A stretch of 64,000 nucleotides of DNA from Kudoa neothunni (taxonomy: Eukaryota; Animalia; Cnidaria): NCBI GenBank assembly GCA_964304625.1, contig OZ199839.1, positions 4,203,292 through 4,267,291 on the forward strand, read 5' to 3'. The position numbers and the translations under genes are program-made. Under the pieces are notes generated by a model. That model worked only from the letters and a program-made list of their open reading frames with translations, searched no databases and was not told the origin of the DNA. This document shows positions 52,640 through 64,000 of the stretch, one piece after another (within the stretch, counting starts at the first letter, position 1; each line of letters begins with the position of its first letter).

Positions 52640-55256
52640 GGTTGTTGTGTTCTTGTTAATAAATTAATTATTTGTTGGAATGAAAATTATTCGCTTCTCT
52701 GCTTACTCCTTCATAATAAATTTACTTTAAAATATTTCCATGCAAAAATTCATATAAATTATTGTATGGTGTGAATACAAGTGTAAATTATTCGGAGGTG
52801 TCAAAATATTATTGGAGGATGTGATAAGACGATCGGACTAGTTTGTATGAAGTTCGAAGAAAATATATTATCGATAAATTATGTCACCTAATTATCAGGT
52901 TTATTCCTAATTTTCTCTCGTTCTAAATAAAATTCTAAATTGTTATTCGTGATGCCGAGTAATTTAAAATGTTATTCTGAAAAGTTATCGCTTCTTTGTT
53001 TTTATATTCTCAATTTAGTTAAAAATCATTGATCACGTCATCTATAGTCTCAAAAAACAAGCCCTCATATTATTGGCCTAAGTTTTGTTTCTGCCAGCAA
53101 AGATTACTTATTGTTCATATAGTTAACATACGAGTGTTTAGATATATTTATATCGACACGTTTTAGAAAACAACATTTTTCAACTTAGAATTATTGGATT
53201 GTATATAAATTAGTGTGAGCGATTAATCAATGTGAAGAAAAAATTTTGCAGCGTGATTTTATGATGAGACGTTAATAATTTTTTGGAAGCATCATCATTG
53301 AAGGGTAAAGTTTCTGTTGTTGTAATATAACGGCAACAAATTTTAGTCACATGAAATGTAATAACGTTGGCAATGGGTCGAGTCTATTAGCTAGGCAATT
53401 CCCAAAGAAAAGCGATTATCACACAAGGCAATCTTTCACACCTTAATGTGGCAGTGGTAGCTTGAATAGTATATTTCAAAATAGAAAACCCCAAAATGAG
53501 GTGGCATTAACACATATCTTGTGAAAACGTAATTCTTCTTTACATTTCTGATCTGAATCGTAACCAGACGCTAGACTTTTCGATAAAATGGATTCTACTT
53601 CAAACGATCAACTGGATTACGAGGCAAATCTTGTCCAAAAAATGAAGCTACTGATTCGAGTAAGGTTTCTTTTATTTGTAACACACCTATTGGTTATAAT
53701 GACGCGAATGAGTCACTAAAATTTTCTGACTGTATGTGCGTTAGTATGTTTAGTAGTTATTGAACTTTTATGACATTATCGAGGTGATATTAAGCTAAAA
53801 TTTGTCGTTCTGTCTTATTGATTTAAATTTAAATACCCTCACATAGAAAAAAAGAGCAAGTCCAAGAGTTGTTGCTGCCAACCTGGGTTTACCACTGGCT
53901 TGTGTCAAAAAAGATATATTACCATATAAAATACGAGCTAACTGTCCACATGCGTAGCGAACAAATACATAATTTGAGGTCAACTGACGTTTACACAAGA
54001 ACAATATCTACGATATCTTCTGATCCGCTACGCCAAACTTCCTCCTACTAACGTATCAAATTTACTCTTCAAGCGCATCCACAGAAATGTTTCAAGTGAA
54101 TTCATTTCCAAGCTCGGAGATATTAAGGCTCATTATATCGCTCCTGCTTTCAATAAAAAAGTCGGAAAATATGCTATAAGCCATCTTGTTTCAGTGTTAG
54201 AGTAAGATACCACCATTTTGCAGTTCCACAACGAAAGTTTAAAACTATTTTCTATTTCAATATAGCTATGCAATGGACGTGGAAACATCAGAGTTGACCC
54301 AAGATGTGCTTTTTCTCAAAAGAAAAATCTTCGAAGTTGCTATCGGCAATGATAGCATACAGTTGGTAACGTTGATCTCACCCAGAATCAAAATAACCCC
54401 TCACAACGAGGAACAAACATGAACTTTGATGTCTCAGTTGCGATGGGTAAGAATAATAATACATTCATTTCGTTCAACTGGGGGAAAGAGCGACGTCTCT
54501 AACTACACAAAAAATTCTTCATGATATAATGAATAAATTTATTGAACAATATAAGTACAGTGTCACTATTGTTTCCGAATACAGCGTTGAGTTACAACTT
54601 GCAATCTATTATGTTTCTCAAAATTACGCAAACTTCTCTTTCAACTACATCTGCATTCCAATAACGTATGATTACAAGGAGCATCCAATTGATGATGTAT
54701 TTCGAACATATTGAACAACACCTCGAACGAAAGGATCAGATGAGTTTTTCCGAAGTTTGTGATGAACTCAAGTTTGCAGTTCACAATTACAGTTGTGATG
54801 AATTTGAGGATAACTTTGAAAACCATTTTCAAGATGTGTACGACCACCTTTTTAACGCTGAGGCATAATCATTATCAGCCACAACGTATTCCCATTTCCT
54901 CACTATACCTACTTTACTTACCTTACTTATCTCGCTTACATTACTTACATTATCGTCCTTCGGTTACAAATATTTTCGTTACTGTTCTACATCGATGTTT
55001 TTTGTGCCTTTTTTTGGAAAATTAAGCCATATATTCTTTGAGTTACGAACTGCTTTACTATCCTGAATTAATTTGTTGAAAACTCGTGGTTGATGTCGCT
55101 CTGACGATAATGATAGATATTGCAAGTATAAATGCATGCTAGAAAATTCATTTATCGAAATGGTAATCATTCTTGGCTTTTATAACAATATTTTACAGGT
55201 TGACAATGCTCTATAGTTTCAATTTGAAAATACTAAGGAAAACCGATGGCAACGAA
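52640..55256 (+). repeat. Inverted segmental duplication, copy B
   Basis: Reverse-complement homolog of 32790-35340, including upstream and downstream non-coding DNA. Boundaries approximate. Confidence 0.85.
53588..54868 (+). pseudogene. Frameshifted paralog of the transposase-derived gene at 33174-34448 (pseudogene or assembly indel errors)
   Basis: Same three-exon layout (53588-53659, 53847-~54201, 54265-54868) and same C-terminus (..HLFNAEA*). About five single-base indels (~53978, ~54363, ~54488, ~54512, ~54702); no nonsense substitutions seen once frames are restored. Confidence 0.75.
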
Positions 55257-56073
55257 AGCGTTAAGTCAGCGTTGTCAACCCGAGTCTGGCATCTGTGCAA
55301 ATTTTTGACAAAAAAAATAGGACAAATCAAAATTTTTGTAAAATCTAAAATAATAATTAATTATACATATATATATATATATATATTGTGTAAATTTATA
55401 ATTGACTCAGAAACTTCAGTTATGACATCGTTTGTTTGATATGTTGAAAAATTCCAGCGTTCTCATTCAAATATGACAATCTAGCGTAGAATAAAACATT
55501 TTATTTCTTCTTTGTCGCTTGGATAGTTCTGGTGGAAAGAAATATTTTTCCTTCAAAGCGTTACTCAAATATAGTTTAAGTAGAGATGTATAATATTTTC
55601 TAATAGAATAAAGACTATTTCGCTGATATAAAAAACGCTCAAAACGATTGAATTTAATCTTGTGATGCCATAATATCTTGGGCAGCTATTGTATTCAATT
55701 TCGTTTAATATACGTAATTTTAATTCCGAATTTTCAGTTTTAAATGAGTTTTCTGGTAGCACATATATAGACTTGTGGTTTCACATAAGAATATAATATA
55801 CTACTCATCATTAGAAAAATAATTTTTTCGATTAATTCATATAACTACAAAAATTCATATTTCGTTTTGATCAACAATTGTTAGCTCTTTTGGTTATAGT
55901 TTTAATTAGAAGAGCGGGAATTAACTGGATAAATATTTGCCACTAATCAATTTCACCAATATGCTTGGTAAATCTAAATATTAAATAAGATATTCCCCTA
56001 ATTAATTCATTAAACAAATTTATTCACTCGGTGAGTTATAAAATAGGATATATAAATCAAATAAAACTTGATA

Positions 56074-58086
56074 CAGTCGTGCCTCGGTATTGGGTAGTAG
56101 CCCTAATATCTCTTGTGTGTGTTTCTATTTTAGTTAAATTGGAAAATATATTAGGTATATTAATGCTAATATTATAAAATTATTGTAAAAAAAATTTTTT
56201 TAGATAAACGAAAGCGTATATTATTCGATATTGAGAAGTGATTTTGCATTGCGTAGTAATTTCAAAGTCCGGATTGCGCATTTAATTCGATAGTGCGCAG
56301 TAAAATTGACAATGTCCAGAGTGCAGCGAGATATTGATGAAAAGAATAAAATTATTAGTTATTATAATTCAATTAAATCAAATAAAAGTGCAAAAAATGA
56401 TCGTAGTGAAATTCGGACTAAGTATTCAAATGTTTTTACTTTAAATATATATATATATATATATAACGATAATTTTTGTTAAGAATATTCAATTCTCACT
56501 AGAATTCTCTCAACGGAACAAAAAATTACTGATTCCAATATTTGTAACAAGAGAAAGCGATTTTCCAGCGGTAAACATAAAGATGTCAATAACGAAGTTT
56601 ATAATTGGATCACGAATTCCCCGAAATAATAAAAAATAAATTTCTGGCGAAACTATAATAGCAAACGCATTGTCAATCGTCAAAGAAAAGAATATCGACA
56701 ATTTTAATGCCAGTAGAGGATAACTGGCTTACTTTAAAAATAGATGTGGACTTCGTTCCGTAAGACTCCACGGGGAAGCATCTAGTGTTGATTCTTCTTC
56801 AATATATGCTTGGAAATTTGGTAATAAAGGTATTCTGCAAAGTTACAAACCAAAAAATATTATCAATATTGATGAGACTGCGCTTTTTTTACCAAACAAA
56901 TTACTAAGCGAACTTACGTATTAGAAAGCAGAACAAAATGCCCGAGGATCTAAAGTGTCCAAGGAGCGTGTGTTACGGTTTTAGCATCCACGGCTTTGGA
57001 GGGTTCAAAATTATCATTATTTGTTATTGGTAAATATCAAAAGTCTCGTTGTTTTAAAAATATATCCCACCAACCAATTGAATATTTTACACAGAAAAAC
57101 TCATGAATGAACGCATCTATCTTTTTTCTAATTATGAAAAAATTTAACGATACGTTTGAAAAAGAGAATAGAAAAGTTTTAATCTTATTGGACCAATGCC
57201 CCCTCCCACCCTAAAGACATGGACGGGCTAGAAAATATTAAATTTTTATTTTTGCCGAAGAATACTACATAAATATTACAGCCTTGCGATTTAGGAATAA
57301 TTAACTCATTAAAAAGTAACTATACAAAAATTTCTCCATTCGAATAATGTATTGGATGATAATGAATAAATATTAAAAAACTATACTTTATTCGATTGTT
57401 TAAAAACATTAAAAAATGCTTAGAATAATGTTTCGAAGGAAACAATTGCTAATTGTTTTAAAAAAGTCAGGTGTTTTTGATTAAAATTATAAATATAAGT
57501 TTAATAGCATCAACAACTATTCAAGAAATTCAAGAATATGATAACATTAATGAAGGTATATTATCAAAAATTATTTTTTCTAAAATTAACTAGACTCACT
57601 TGATGATGTATCATCTGAAATTAACGAAAAAGTTCACGATGAAGCAAATTCCTCCTCCGTCATTAATTGCGGGCATAAATAATAAATCTGATAATGAAAA
57701 GGACGAAACAGACAAAGCTATAAAAAAGGTCCCTACAAAGAAAATTAGAGAAGCAATACAAACTTTAAGGGAAACTTTTATCGCGGAAGAACCAGAAGGT
57801 TTATTCGACCTCTACCCTGTAATGGGCCGATTAATCTCAATACTAAAAAAAGAGAACTCCTAACTACCATAATGGACTTTTTTCACAAAAAATAAAAAGA
57901 AACCTTCACTTAAAAATTAACTTATATTTTTATTTCTGGGATTCTATGCTTAAAAAAATTGGTTAAATTATAAAAATTACAATTTCCCTTCAATGCGCAC
58001 ACGCGAGCATCGAAATTGCATACTAATTTTGTATTGCGTAGTAAAATTGAATCCCCGATCCAATTCACAATATCGAGGTTTGACTG
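56074..58086 (+). mobile_element. Near full-length decayed pogo/Tigger transposon
   Basis: TA|CAGTCGTGCCTCGGTATTG ... CAATATCGAGGTTTGACTG|TA. Transposase remnants FNASRG*LAYFKNRCGL, LHGEASSVD, IINIDETALF, KVSKER, VLILLDQC, LPKNTT*ILQPCDLGII, IANCFKK, with several stops and frameshifts. Confidence 0.92.
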
Positions 58087-58367
58087 TAGTCCTTTTTAAA
58101 AGTATAAAGCTTAATAACAATTAATAATTCTGATGGTTTTTAAGTTTTCCCGATATATTTAATTAAATCCCAATTATCAACGAACTGTTTAATTATTTAA
58201 CCTTCGCAGTAAAAATATCGTTCTGCTGTCCAACGTGAAGATAATATTTACACATCATGATTCATTGATTGTTTGTTCTACGAAACTTTTAAGAGGTTCT
58301 TGGATACTCTAATTTCCTCTTATTGCATTTTTTAGACCATTTTGGATTTTTTTTCCAAATACCACCT

Positions 58368-58710
58368 ATGAAATTTGGAAGAAATAAAATGCCTTTTCAG
58401 CAACCTTGTCAAACGAATACCACTACAAGTAAACCAAATAACATTAAATATTCTTATCAAATATTCGGGTCAAACACTTTCATGATTACCTGTCCAAATT
58501 GCAGTTCCAACTGATCCGTGTCCAATTAAATTATTATAGTTCAACTTAGAATAAGCAATTATTGGTCCCTGATGTGGTCAAACGTTATTTTTTTAATTCT
58601 TTTAATTTAAAGTAACTTTGTTACATCCCTTCGTTCGAATGTTTGAGCCAAATAATTATACCTAGATTAATTTATCTCAAAATAGGATCATTCGCCCATT
58701 AAAATTAACA
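58368..58710 (+). pseudogene. Possible LITAF-domain gene remnant
   Basis: QIFGSNTFMITCPNCSSN* resembles the first LITAF CPxC knuckle, and a downstream LCYIP segment (~58616) resembles the LITAF CxIP motif; in-frame stops, second knuckle absent. Confidence 0.3.
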
Positions 58711-59651
58711 ACGATTAATTTAATAGATTATTTTTAGTTTAATTTCAACTTATTTAAATATAAAATAAACTTAATATTTGCTGAAAATTGGTTAACAAAT
58801 ACTAGTTACGATAACTTAGCATAATATACCACCGACATCAAATTCTTTCACAAAATTATCGCATAAACGCTTCGAAATAATTGGAAAATGACCTGCGATC
58901 ATAATTAAACCTTGTAGCATTGATATTAATGATGAAAAAAATCCAAAATATTAGTCTCATTTAGGATATAACATTTTTAAAACGAGAATATTTTCATACA
59001 TTTTCGGTATATTCTTTTCAGCCTGAATTTCCATGTATTTAGAGTTTGAGGAATGATTTATTATAAGTTACAACTGTAATTTGCCAATGGTGAACTTCTA
59101 CTAGGGATATTTTATTCTGAAATAATTCACTGCGATAATTATAAAAACATCTGTCTAAATATTTCTTGAAAAGAAATAAAAAATGATACTCTTCCCATTT
59201 TGTTGGAATCTTTGATGATTTCTAACTTTCGAAACACTATTTTACGGGTTTATAACCTTTCAAAATACAAAAAATGAACAAAATCAGGATAAAATGGACC
59301 CCGCTGGAAACACTAATTATCGTATAGCACAATGTTTCCCAACTCGGATCCAAGCTCCACCGGGTGGGGCAGTAATTTTTGAACGTTTAATGAACCGCGG
59401 GGAATCCTGAATATTGATGTGACATGGATAATGGTGAGATAATTGGATAATATGACGTACTTTGAAGTCAAAATCGCTTATTTTTTTAATGACGGTTAAT
59501 ATCATAAAAAAGTACAAAGCAATGACTAATTATATAAGAATTTATAATAATATTTAACATGCTCTTCACCTGAATACAGACAGAATGGTTTGAATCTTAA
59601 TATTGTCTCATTTAGAATCATATATCCCCTTTTTTTTGATTAACTCTAATA

Positions 59652-61648
59652 CAGTAGGTAACCAATTTAGCGCTCTTTTTAGACCCCTATTTAATTCAAA
59701 TATTGATTCTTTGTTGAATATATAATATGTTTCAAACAAGATTTTCACAAAAACTATTTTAACAAATGACTAAATAATGTAACTAAAAGTCACGTGATCG
59801 ACCATTCACGCACTTTTTTGGGAACACTCTTGGTTTGTTTATTAATTAAATCAATATATAAGGCCAAAAAACTCGTAAAATTAGAATTATCGCTGAAAAG
59901 TACAATGCTATTGAATATTACGAAATTCTCCCATCTAATGATGCGAAAGCTGCCGACGTATCACATTTTAAAATATCTACCACCTCGACTCTGAATGGCA
60001 TCCTAAAAATGAAAGACCAACTAATTAGAACCTATGGGGGTGGTTTAGAATATAAAAATAGAAAATATTTACATGCAGAACAACTTCGTTCCATCGATGA
60101 ATATGTGTATGAGTGGATTGAGTGGGCACGAAGCAAGAAGATGGAAGTAAGCGCCGCCACTATAATTAGCAAGAGAAATGAATTGGCCGAAACAAAAGGT
60201 TTACCGTCAAGAGCAACCCATGGATTGTTTTGTTGTTTTAAAAAAAGGTTCAGCACTAAAAAAATCAAGTTTCATGGCGAATCTGCTGACGTTAGTTCTG
60301 AGACCACCTAAGAATGGATAAATCGCGTTAAAACCCTTTGCGAAGGATACTCTGAAGATTGTATTTACAACGTAGATGAGACCGCCTTATTCTACCAACA
60401 GCAGTGAGGGGAATATTCCATATTTTTTTATAATAATTTTTTTAAGGTACGAGCTATGTGCGTTCGTCAGGATGCAATATAAAAGAATCAACAAAAATCA
60501 AAAATACGTCTCACCATATTACTAGGAGCATCAGTGAATGGGGAAAAATTGGAGCCATTAATAATTGGACCAAGCAAAAAACCTCGCGGTTTTAAAAATA
60601 TCACAAACTTGCCCTTATCATATGAATCCAGCAAAAAGGTCTGGATAACTGGGAACATTTTTTTTGAGGTTATTGAATAAATTAAAATGTTTGTAGGTAA
60701 TACCAGTTCACACACGAATAGTGAATTCAGCAACGTTCAACATATATTCCTCCCAAAAACTACCACTAGTGTCCTCCAGCCACTGGACAAGGAACGATAC
60801 ATTCGTTCAAATGTTTTTACAAACAAACAATGATTCATAGATATATTAATTTCGCCGAATTAGGATTGGGGACTAACTCCTCCCAATATTTTGGGGCGAT
60901 GGGTTTAATTAAGAATTCCTCGAATAGTGTCACCAAATCTACGATCGTGAATTGCTTTAGGAAAGCAGGATTCTTCTCTCTAGAATGTAAGTCATCTATC
61001 AACGATATAATGGAATTAGCTCAGGAAAATTTTTTTGGGAATGTTGAAAATTTGGATGATAACTTATTAAATGAAATAAATGAGATGATAAATGAAGAGG
61101 AAATATACGAAATTCTTGATTTTAATGAGCATCCTTCGTCGGCTGAAACGAATGACATAATAGAAATTGGTAAAATTTAGAAAATTTTAAAATTAGTTAA
61201 ATTTTTTTGAGGTTCAAATAATAATTATGGTGATGATTGATGATGTTAGGGAGCCATCCAATACATACGAAAAACCCATAAAAGATGAAAGATTTACTAA
61301 AAATATTCTCAGTTACAAAAAAGCTTTAGAATATGTGAGGGAGTTGAAATGTTTTTTTAGAGTGGACGATAATGCCAAAATATTATTTTAAATTCAGCAG
61401 GAAATTAAATCATCAAAATGCTTCCAAAAAATATCAAACAAACTAAAATAACAAATTTCTTCCCATATAAATAAGTTTCTGGTTGTTATTTTTGCGATTG
61501 AGCTTGAATTATTCTTTAAAAATTATATATATAACTAGATAGTTTTTTAGGGACGTAACCATTATTAAAGATGGCTTTTTTGTTCTGTATCTGCGCACGC
61601 GCCCTTTCATTGGTCGCGAGGGGATTACGTGAAATTTGTTTCTTACTG
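59652..61648 (+). mobile_element. Near full-length decayed pogo/Tigger transposon (second family)
   Basis: TA|CAGTAGGTAACCAATTT ... AAATTTGTTTCTTACTG|TA. Remnants IDEYVYEWIEWARSK, KFHGESADV, IYNVDETALFY, KSKIRLTILL, GEKLEPLIIG..KPRGFK, LPKTTTSVLQPLD, IVNCFRKAGF, KQTKITNFF. Confidence 0.92.
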
Positions 61649-61979
61649 TATAATGTTGATTAATTTTGTATTTATATTATTTATTTTTCGTTCATTAATC
61701 CATATAAACGAAATTCTTTCCTAATGAAAGTTGTAATACCACGAGTTTCACTTGATGCTGTTATAACGTAACGAAGAATTAACGAGGTTAATTTTTAAGG
61801 CCCATCGATGCATTAAACCAGATCTTATCCAACACATTTTAATTTTAATGAGGAAAGAAATATGTATTAATTTCTTTCAGATTTTAATTTGATGGGATCT
61901 TTATTCAAAATTATCAACAGTTTAATTAAAAAATCAATACTTTTGAAAGAGGTTGGGACACGCAACTTTTTTTCAAGAA

Positions 61980-62017
61980 AAAATGGGGCGCGATAGAAAA
62001 AGGATTGGGAAACACTG
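61980..62017. mobile_element. hAT (Charlie-like) terminal fragment
   Basis: ggggcgcgatagaaaaaggattgggaaacactg ends in the canonical GGGAAACACTG terminus; partner end and TSD not established. Confidence 0.45.
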
Positions 62018-62645
62018 GTATAGCATAACTCATCAAGAACCTTGACTGAGTTTTAACTCACCTAAAATATCAAAAAATAGTTGTACTCAAAATGTATTAA
62101 ATTTATAAAATAAAAGTTTAAATAAATTTTTGATAGAGCAATTATGTAACGAAACAGTTATTACTCATATTTAACATTGAATAGTTCTGTTAAAATTCAC
62201 TTAAAGAAACTAAAATATGAGTTATCGAGCGCCAAATCGTAATTACGATTATTTAACACAACCACGCCGCAATTAGATTGAATTTGACATCACCACTAAC
62301 GACCCATTAAAAAATTGACATAGTTCTTTATTAATTGACACTATTAAATTAATAGAAGTTTATTGGTTATCTTAGTTATTAAGCCGTAATCTTGATACAG
62401 TTAAAAATTATATCCCTCTCAAATGTAACAACATTGATTGACTCAGGCATTAGAAAAAAAGAAATATAATTTCGATCTATGAGTCGAAACTTTCCTTTAT
62501 ATATTATAACTTAAGAAGATTATACAATTATTATCAGGTTAAAACTTGACTCAACTTAAATTAAAATTATACGTCAATTCACTTAACTAATTTAAAGAAA
62601 ATCACAAATTAGTGGTGACGCAATGACTGCGCAGATAAAAACGAG

Positions 62646-64000
62646 ATGAATTCTGTCAGTGTACAGCATATACTCAATTCGATTAAGCAAAATCAATTTG
62701 AAGAAGCTTTAGAAAATTGTGAAGTATTTGATGCGACCAAACATCTCTTTGTTCACATTAAATTCTAAAAGATATTCTTGAAATGTCAAAAATCACCCAA
62801 GTCACCAAAGCTCTATACTGTGAATGTCATGAAAGCATACTGTTTGTTCAACCTCAACAGATTGGCTGAATCAAGAAAAATCTATGAGTTTGCAATCGAA
62901 TATTTTTGTAAAATTAATACAAACAATTCTCTTATTCCAATTGAAGCTTATGAGGTAATTAATTTTCAAACACAAATTTATATCTCTACACAAATAATTG
63001 ATTGTGTTGATAAGAAAATTATTAACTAAATTCATAACATAGGGTTTAAGTAGTATATACGAGAGTAAATTGGAAACAAAAATGGATCCATCAACAGGAG
63101 CAAAATTAAGTCAGATTTATGATCTCATACTTCCATTCATGAAAACCAAGTAGAAAAAGTGCTGATTTAATTTTGATTCGATTTTGTAATAGAAGTGAAG
63201 ACAAATATGTGAAATATATGATGAAAAAAATAACGTTGGCACTCAAACTAATGGACACAAACAATGTATATTATTTCTGTTTTTTCCTTTTTATCACAAT
63301 CTACTTCTAGATGATGAATGATTTTACTGAATTTTATCAAAGTTTCAGCGATGGCGCGTTTAAATCAAACGTCAACCAATTATATCAGCAAGTGACAAAA
63401 GATCTTTTGGCTAAAGTAGTTCCAATGATAGAAAATCTCTCCAACGTTAATATAGTTCAATGGATATTTTTATTCACAAAAACGTATTATTGTGGGTCAA
63501 TCATCTATGAGTTTATGGTTGAAAGTAGCCTCACAATTTTATATCTTTTCATAACCATGGTGGACTAATTTTTCTCATTTCTAGATGTATGACTTAATGA
63601 TGAATTATTACAAATGGATTAATCAAGTAGACGAGTCTGAAAATGCCAGATTTTGTTTATCAGTCGCATACGATACGTTAAAAATGTGCATAACAATGCT
63701 TAAATTTTTGAATAAGTTGTACTTGAATGAAGCTATCGATTCATTTAAAGTTAAAAACATACCATGCAATACAGAAGCAGATATACATAGTTTGATGGAC
63801 AATCTAACTATAGATGAGCAGACTAAAAAGCAACAAATAGAATCCTACACGTCAGTAGTGGTTAACCGTCTTTACGAGGCTATTCATATTTTCCACAATG
63901 ATTTTCCCAATGATAGTCAAGTTACTGAAGTCATGAACATTTTTGAAATGAAAGCGTTTCTATGTAATCAAGCTAAAAAGTTTTAATTTCGTTTCATATT
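62646..64000 (+). CDS. Unidentified all-helical/TPR-like protein, 5' part (continues beyond the window)
   Basis: ATG 62646; GT-AG exons join as MNSVSVQHILNSIKQNQFEEALENCE|IFLK...VNVMKAYCLFNLNRLAESRKIYE, a TPR-like pattern; further exons correspond to ORFs 63311-63568 and 63585-63986. Confidence 0.65.

Overview
AT-rich eukaryotic genomic DNA, most likely from a compact, fast-evolving animal (inference from Flightless-I, neurofibromin and DCAF6 with very short introns, as in reduced parasites such as myxozoans or orthonectids; species not determinable). Host genes, all split by mostly ~40-65 nt GT-AG introns: 3' part of DCAF6 (+), TMEM165/GDT1 (+), neurofibromin NF1 (-), Flightless-I (+), UTP6 (-) and the 5' part of an unidentified TPR-like gene (+). 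Intergenic DNA and long introns hold decayed DNA transposons: piggyBac with a nested pogo, three further pogo/Tigger-like elements, hAT and piggyBac MITEs. Best novel candidate: a 3-exon, 340-aa gene (33174-34448, -) that reads as a domesticated Tc1/mariner-IS630 transposase (DD37D-like spacing, first catalytic Asp lost, no TIRs seen). A frameshifted paralog (53588-54868, +) lies within a ~2.6-kb inverted duplication that brackets FLII and UTP6. Exon boundaries were called by eye and no database searches were run.
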